Shown: in pieces, positions 60,231-64,000 of the stretch
Layout: every line of letters starts with the position of its first letter
Position numbering within the stretch: the first letter of the stretch is position 1
Assembly: GCA_052426225.1 (NCBI GenBank)
Contig: JBNJNM010000012.1
Span: 1,798,001-1,862,000, forward strand
DNA: 64,000 bases
DNA from: Zancudomyces culisetae HAW-14-8
Taxonomy: Eukaryota; Fungi; Kickxellomycota
Direction of reading: 5' to 3'
Made by a program: the position numbers and the translations under genes
Notes under the pieces: generated by a model
Told to the model about the DNA's origin: nothing
Databases searched by the model: none
What the model saw: only the letters and a program-made list of their open reading frames with translations

Positions 60231-61462
60231 TTAATCACGGTCGTATGAGTCTCGACTGTATTTCTCTGCTCGTGATCTTTTGGACTCCCTTTCTCTGCTA
60301 TATTCTCTGCTATATTCTCGTTTCGACCTACCAGGATTACCCTTAGCATTACCTACTTGTCTGCTTTCGTCTTTATATTTGTTGTCATAATCTCTATAAT
60401 ACTCACGGTCATCCGCCCTTGTTGATTCTCTACGCTTTCCACCCTTTTCCGCGTCCACACTTCTTTTTTCCAAGGATCTATCATTTTCTTTTTTCGACTT
60501 TTTGAGCTCTTTTTTCTTTTTTTTATAAAGATACTCGGCCATTGGGTCATCCAAATCTATTCCTAATTCCAACATTTTCCTGACCTTATCACTATTACCG
60601 TCACCTTCTTTCACTGTGCTCGCTATTCAGCAGAATATTTATTCCGATTTATTTAAGTTTATTTTGCTTTGCATCACATTCAAAAAAATTGACGTTACGT
60701 GAAGTGTAGCAAAATATTATGCGCTTTTAACAAAATATTAGTAGAAAAAGATTTACAAATACCTTTTACTAGTTTTGGAGCCGCATTCATACTGGGTTTC
60801 CATTCTGAGTCGGAATCACCTGTATTCGGCTGTCTATAGCCTTTTACATGATCTACTCTGATCGTTCGTCCAAGTATCTATTTCGATTCAATCATAACAC
60901 CATGGGTATTTTAGTATAAATGATAGTTTTTATTTTGCCTCATCAGTATAAATCTTAATCTTTCACTTACTTTTGTCCCATTTAGATTGTCAACAGCGAG
61001 TATCGTGCTCTTTTGGTTTTCGTACTGCATAAACCCATACCCCTTAAATTTTTTGGTTTCTTTATCCTTGATTAAATTTATATCCACGATTTCTCCATAT
61101 CTATTTATTAATAGCGCATTTATAGGTAAGTACTAATAATTGAACAGTAGAAGCTATCGTTTTTTAGTTCCTCATATGCTAAAAACCACATTAAAACACA
61201 AAAATTTACTTACTGTGAAAATATACAGATAACATCTCCCTCTGTTAACTCGTATGGAAGCCCTCCGACAAAAATATATGCACTGTCTTTATACTCCTCA
61301 TGCCAAGATTCTCCATGCCTTGTTTCTCGTGCAATTTCTCTTTCATTTATTCGCCGTATTTCGCTTACAACACTATAGTTCATACAACGGAAGAGTTAGT
61401 AAAAAAAATTAATAAGTAAATATTAAATTTAGATCCATTAAAAATAAAGCAACCAACTTCAT
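60231..61462 (-). CDS. IST3: RES complex RRM protein IST3/Snu17/RBMX2 (Cwf29), 5 exons
   Basis: 5-nt first coding exon (ATGAA), then VVSEIRRINERE...SWHEEYKDSAYIFVGGLPYELTEGDVICIFSQ/YGEIVDINL...YENQKSTILAVDNLNG/ILGRTIRVDHV; DLDDPMAEYL and an R/S/E-rich tail. Confidence 0.95.
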
Positions 61463-63166
61463 TTCAGCAGATTAATTTCAAATCTAGTAGATGGATTTTT
61501 GTAATTCTTCTCGGTTTCCTATACGCTTGTGCTGAACCTTGCTATAATTTTGCTCTTAAACGACTTCACTCTGGTAAATATTCAAATTTAAATAATGTAG
61601 TCGTGTTGTAGGTTTTGTTTTTATCGTGAATCAGATATGTTCAATTCTTTTTTTAAATGACCTTGCTTTTTTGTGTATATTGTTTAATTTTTTTCATGTT
61701 ATTTTGAGCAGTTTAGGAAATAGGAAAATCAAAATTGAAAAAATTAAAAAAATAATGTAACTGGAGGTAAACTATTGAGCATTTAACAAACACCACACCG
61801 CTTTTGACTTTTATTTATTTAATTGATTGCTTTTATTATAAACTTTGAAGATTGCCATCAGTGTAGCATCTACTCACATATACTAGTGTCTAATGAGCTA
61901 GCAATCAACTACAAAATGGTACTCAGTTACTGGGCACTACATTCCATTACCATATTATATGTATGATGAAAATCAACCGACAAATGGGATATAAGCTATA
62001 ATGGAATAGACCCAATCTTATGAAAAGTGAGGACTTGGGGAGAGAGATAACGCTAGCAGTACATAAGGCATCGTATTACGTCTTGTGTACATAACGGTGG
62101 TCCTTCCCAAGCAGGTGCTCGATATCATAATTGTTTGTTTTGTCGTATAAATTCTTGTACAAAGAAGGATGGAAAATCAGGATAGCTCCATAGCAAGTAA
62201 AGCAACTCAATTTATAGCTTGCTTAAAAAACGTTCATTAACCCTCGCTACACTTGCTGGGTATACAATTTAGAGCGACCCCTGTAATTGACGTTATTGTT
62301 CCCCAGCACCCATGGCAAAGACCAAGTAATATTTTCTTAGGATTAAAAGAGAGACATTATGATGACTATTTAGATTTTACTAGCTTATCACTGTGTGTGA
62401 ATTATATAGCTACTATCTTTTAAAACAAAAATCATAACAGGTCAATAAATTCTTAGTTCCAAAACCAAATATACTCAGGTTGATGAAGCGGTTTGATTAA
62501 AGGTTTTGGTCACTGATATGCTCAAGGGTGGAAGCCAAATTCCGGAATTTAATTTGCTGGAGAAACACCAATCAGGGAATGTCTGCAGAGATTTTGTATG
62601 GGTTTTTTCCTTATTAAAATTCTTTTCGTCTAGCCTATGAATGAAGAAAAAACTACTATTAAACTATCAATTGTTACATCACCACTAAAAATTCAAGTTT
62701 GTATGTGCATTCACTCATTTTTAATATATACACCTCCAAAGCTTTAATATTACTGGTTTGGAATGTATAACCAGTTTGATATATCCGAAACCTCCGCGCC
62801 CGGATTAGTTGGTTTAGCTATCCATTTTATCATAACATAGTTGGTGTTAAATAAGCAGCAAAAAAAATAAATGAAAAGTATAATTGAGGATTCACATGAG
62901 AGGATTTGCTCATTTCCAAAGTATGTAGGTGTTTATAGAATTCAATTTTCAATTGCTCCAAAAATTCCACTAATTTGGCGTTGAAAATTAATCCGAAATT
63001 GTAGGATATTAAATTTCCAAAGAGCATAGTAATTGTTGTCATTATTGAAACCTTCAGTTCTTTATCTACCTTAAAAATAATGATAATCAAAGACACAACA
63101 AGGTTTTACTGTTGACGTGAAATAAAATAGAGTTTGATCCACTTTAATATCTACTCACTTTACAAA

Positions 63167-63193
63167 AACAACAACAACAACAACAACAACAAC
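63167..63193. repeat. (AAC)n microsatellite
   Basis: About nine AAC units in intergenic DNA. Confidence 0.9.
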
Positions 63194-64000
63194 AAAAAAC
63201 AGGTCTCTAATGGTTTAATAAAAGTAGTAATACAAGAATCAGCATTATGTAGTTGGCGATTTTCATTTACAATTGGCAAACAAAATAGAAACCCAGAAAA
63301 AGATAAAAATTTTTCCAATTTGGAGAAAAATCACTACTAGAAACAATACAGAAATGGAGAATGAGCATGTATCACCGGTTTTGTTTTTGTTAATGTAACC
63401 GCTGTGAATGTAGAAAATGCTACACAATCAAAAAATCCATTTTTGGTATCTGCTGCGTTTAATTGTTTACAGACACAGCTGGACTATAGCGAGAGTTTTG
63501 CAAGTTTAAACTCTTTTTGCATCTGCCTTTTTTTTGCATATATGTTTTTTTTTAATAAAAAATTATACAAATAATTAGAAATCGACAACGTTTACAATGA
63601 ATTTACCCAATTCTTAATTATAGAGGCAATTAAAAGCATTTGTGTTTAAACCAAGCTGAAAAACACGATTTCCATTTTTTGTGTTTTTGTTTTTGGTATG
63701 GACAGACTAAATATCTAGAATCTCGAACAACAGAGCAATAAATGGGTTGACAGCATTATTATTCTTGTGCTAATAATCACGAGTATTTTCATTGTTGGTT
63801 ATACTAAATAAAATATAATTATAAGGCAGTTCAATTATAGCCATAACACGCTTAGAATTCCGCCAAAATTTAAGAACACATCGGCCTAATTTATCCAGTT
63901 TATTGAATGGACCCTTCAGAATGAAATAAAAGGTAGAGTGCTAATCCATTACAAAAGTGCAATAAAATGATGTATATGGTTTAAAGGTTACAAATACAGG

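Noticed and set aside
60029-60349. 106-aa minus-strand ORF overlapping the IST3 tail
   Set aside because: Alternative frame of the last IST3 exon running into 3' repeats.

Overview
AT-rich, gene-dense eukaryotic (fungal) DNA with short GT-AG introns (CTAAY-type branch points, TAG/CAG/AAG acceptors). The gene content (myosin-motor chitin synthase, Spc19-like DASH subunit, NAMPT, a KICS2/C12orf66-like protein) points to an early-diverging, non-Dikarya fungus. Kickxellomycotina/Harpellales is my inference and was not checked. I reconstructed 21 protein-coding genes by hand, joining exons in phase: type-2 asparaginase, KICS2-like, COX16, Spc19-like, mitochondrial ValRS, glyoxalase II, myosin-motor chitin synthase, NAMPT, MYG1, a large uncharacterised helical protein, BLOC1S4-like, MED18, FAN1, CSN1, a C2H2 transcription factor, DOA1/PLAA, a MIT-domain protein, IST3/RBMX2, and three paralogous secreted proteins. 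The best candidate for an undescribed system is that family of three intronless, signal-peptide-bearing, four-cysteine ~190-210 aa proteins (28.5, 50.7 and 52.2 kb), which I cannot assign to any known family. Other notable points: 'animal-like' KICS2 and NAMPT, a dual-targeting exon in GLO2, interlocked stop codons of DOA1 and the MIT gene, and a G/C-skew reversal inside one gene. I recognised no tRNA, rRNA or intact transposon. No database searches were run; all family calls are from motif recognition.
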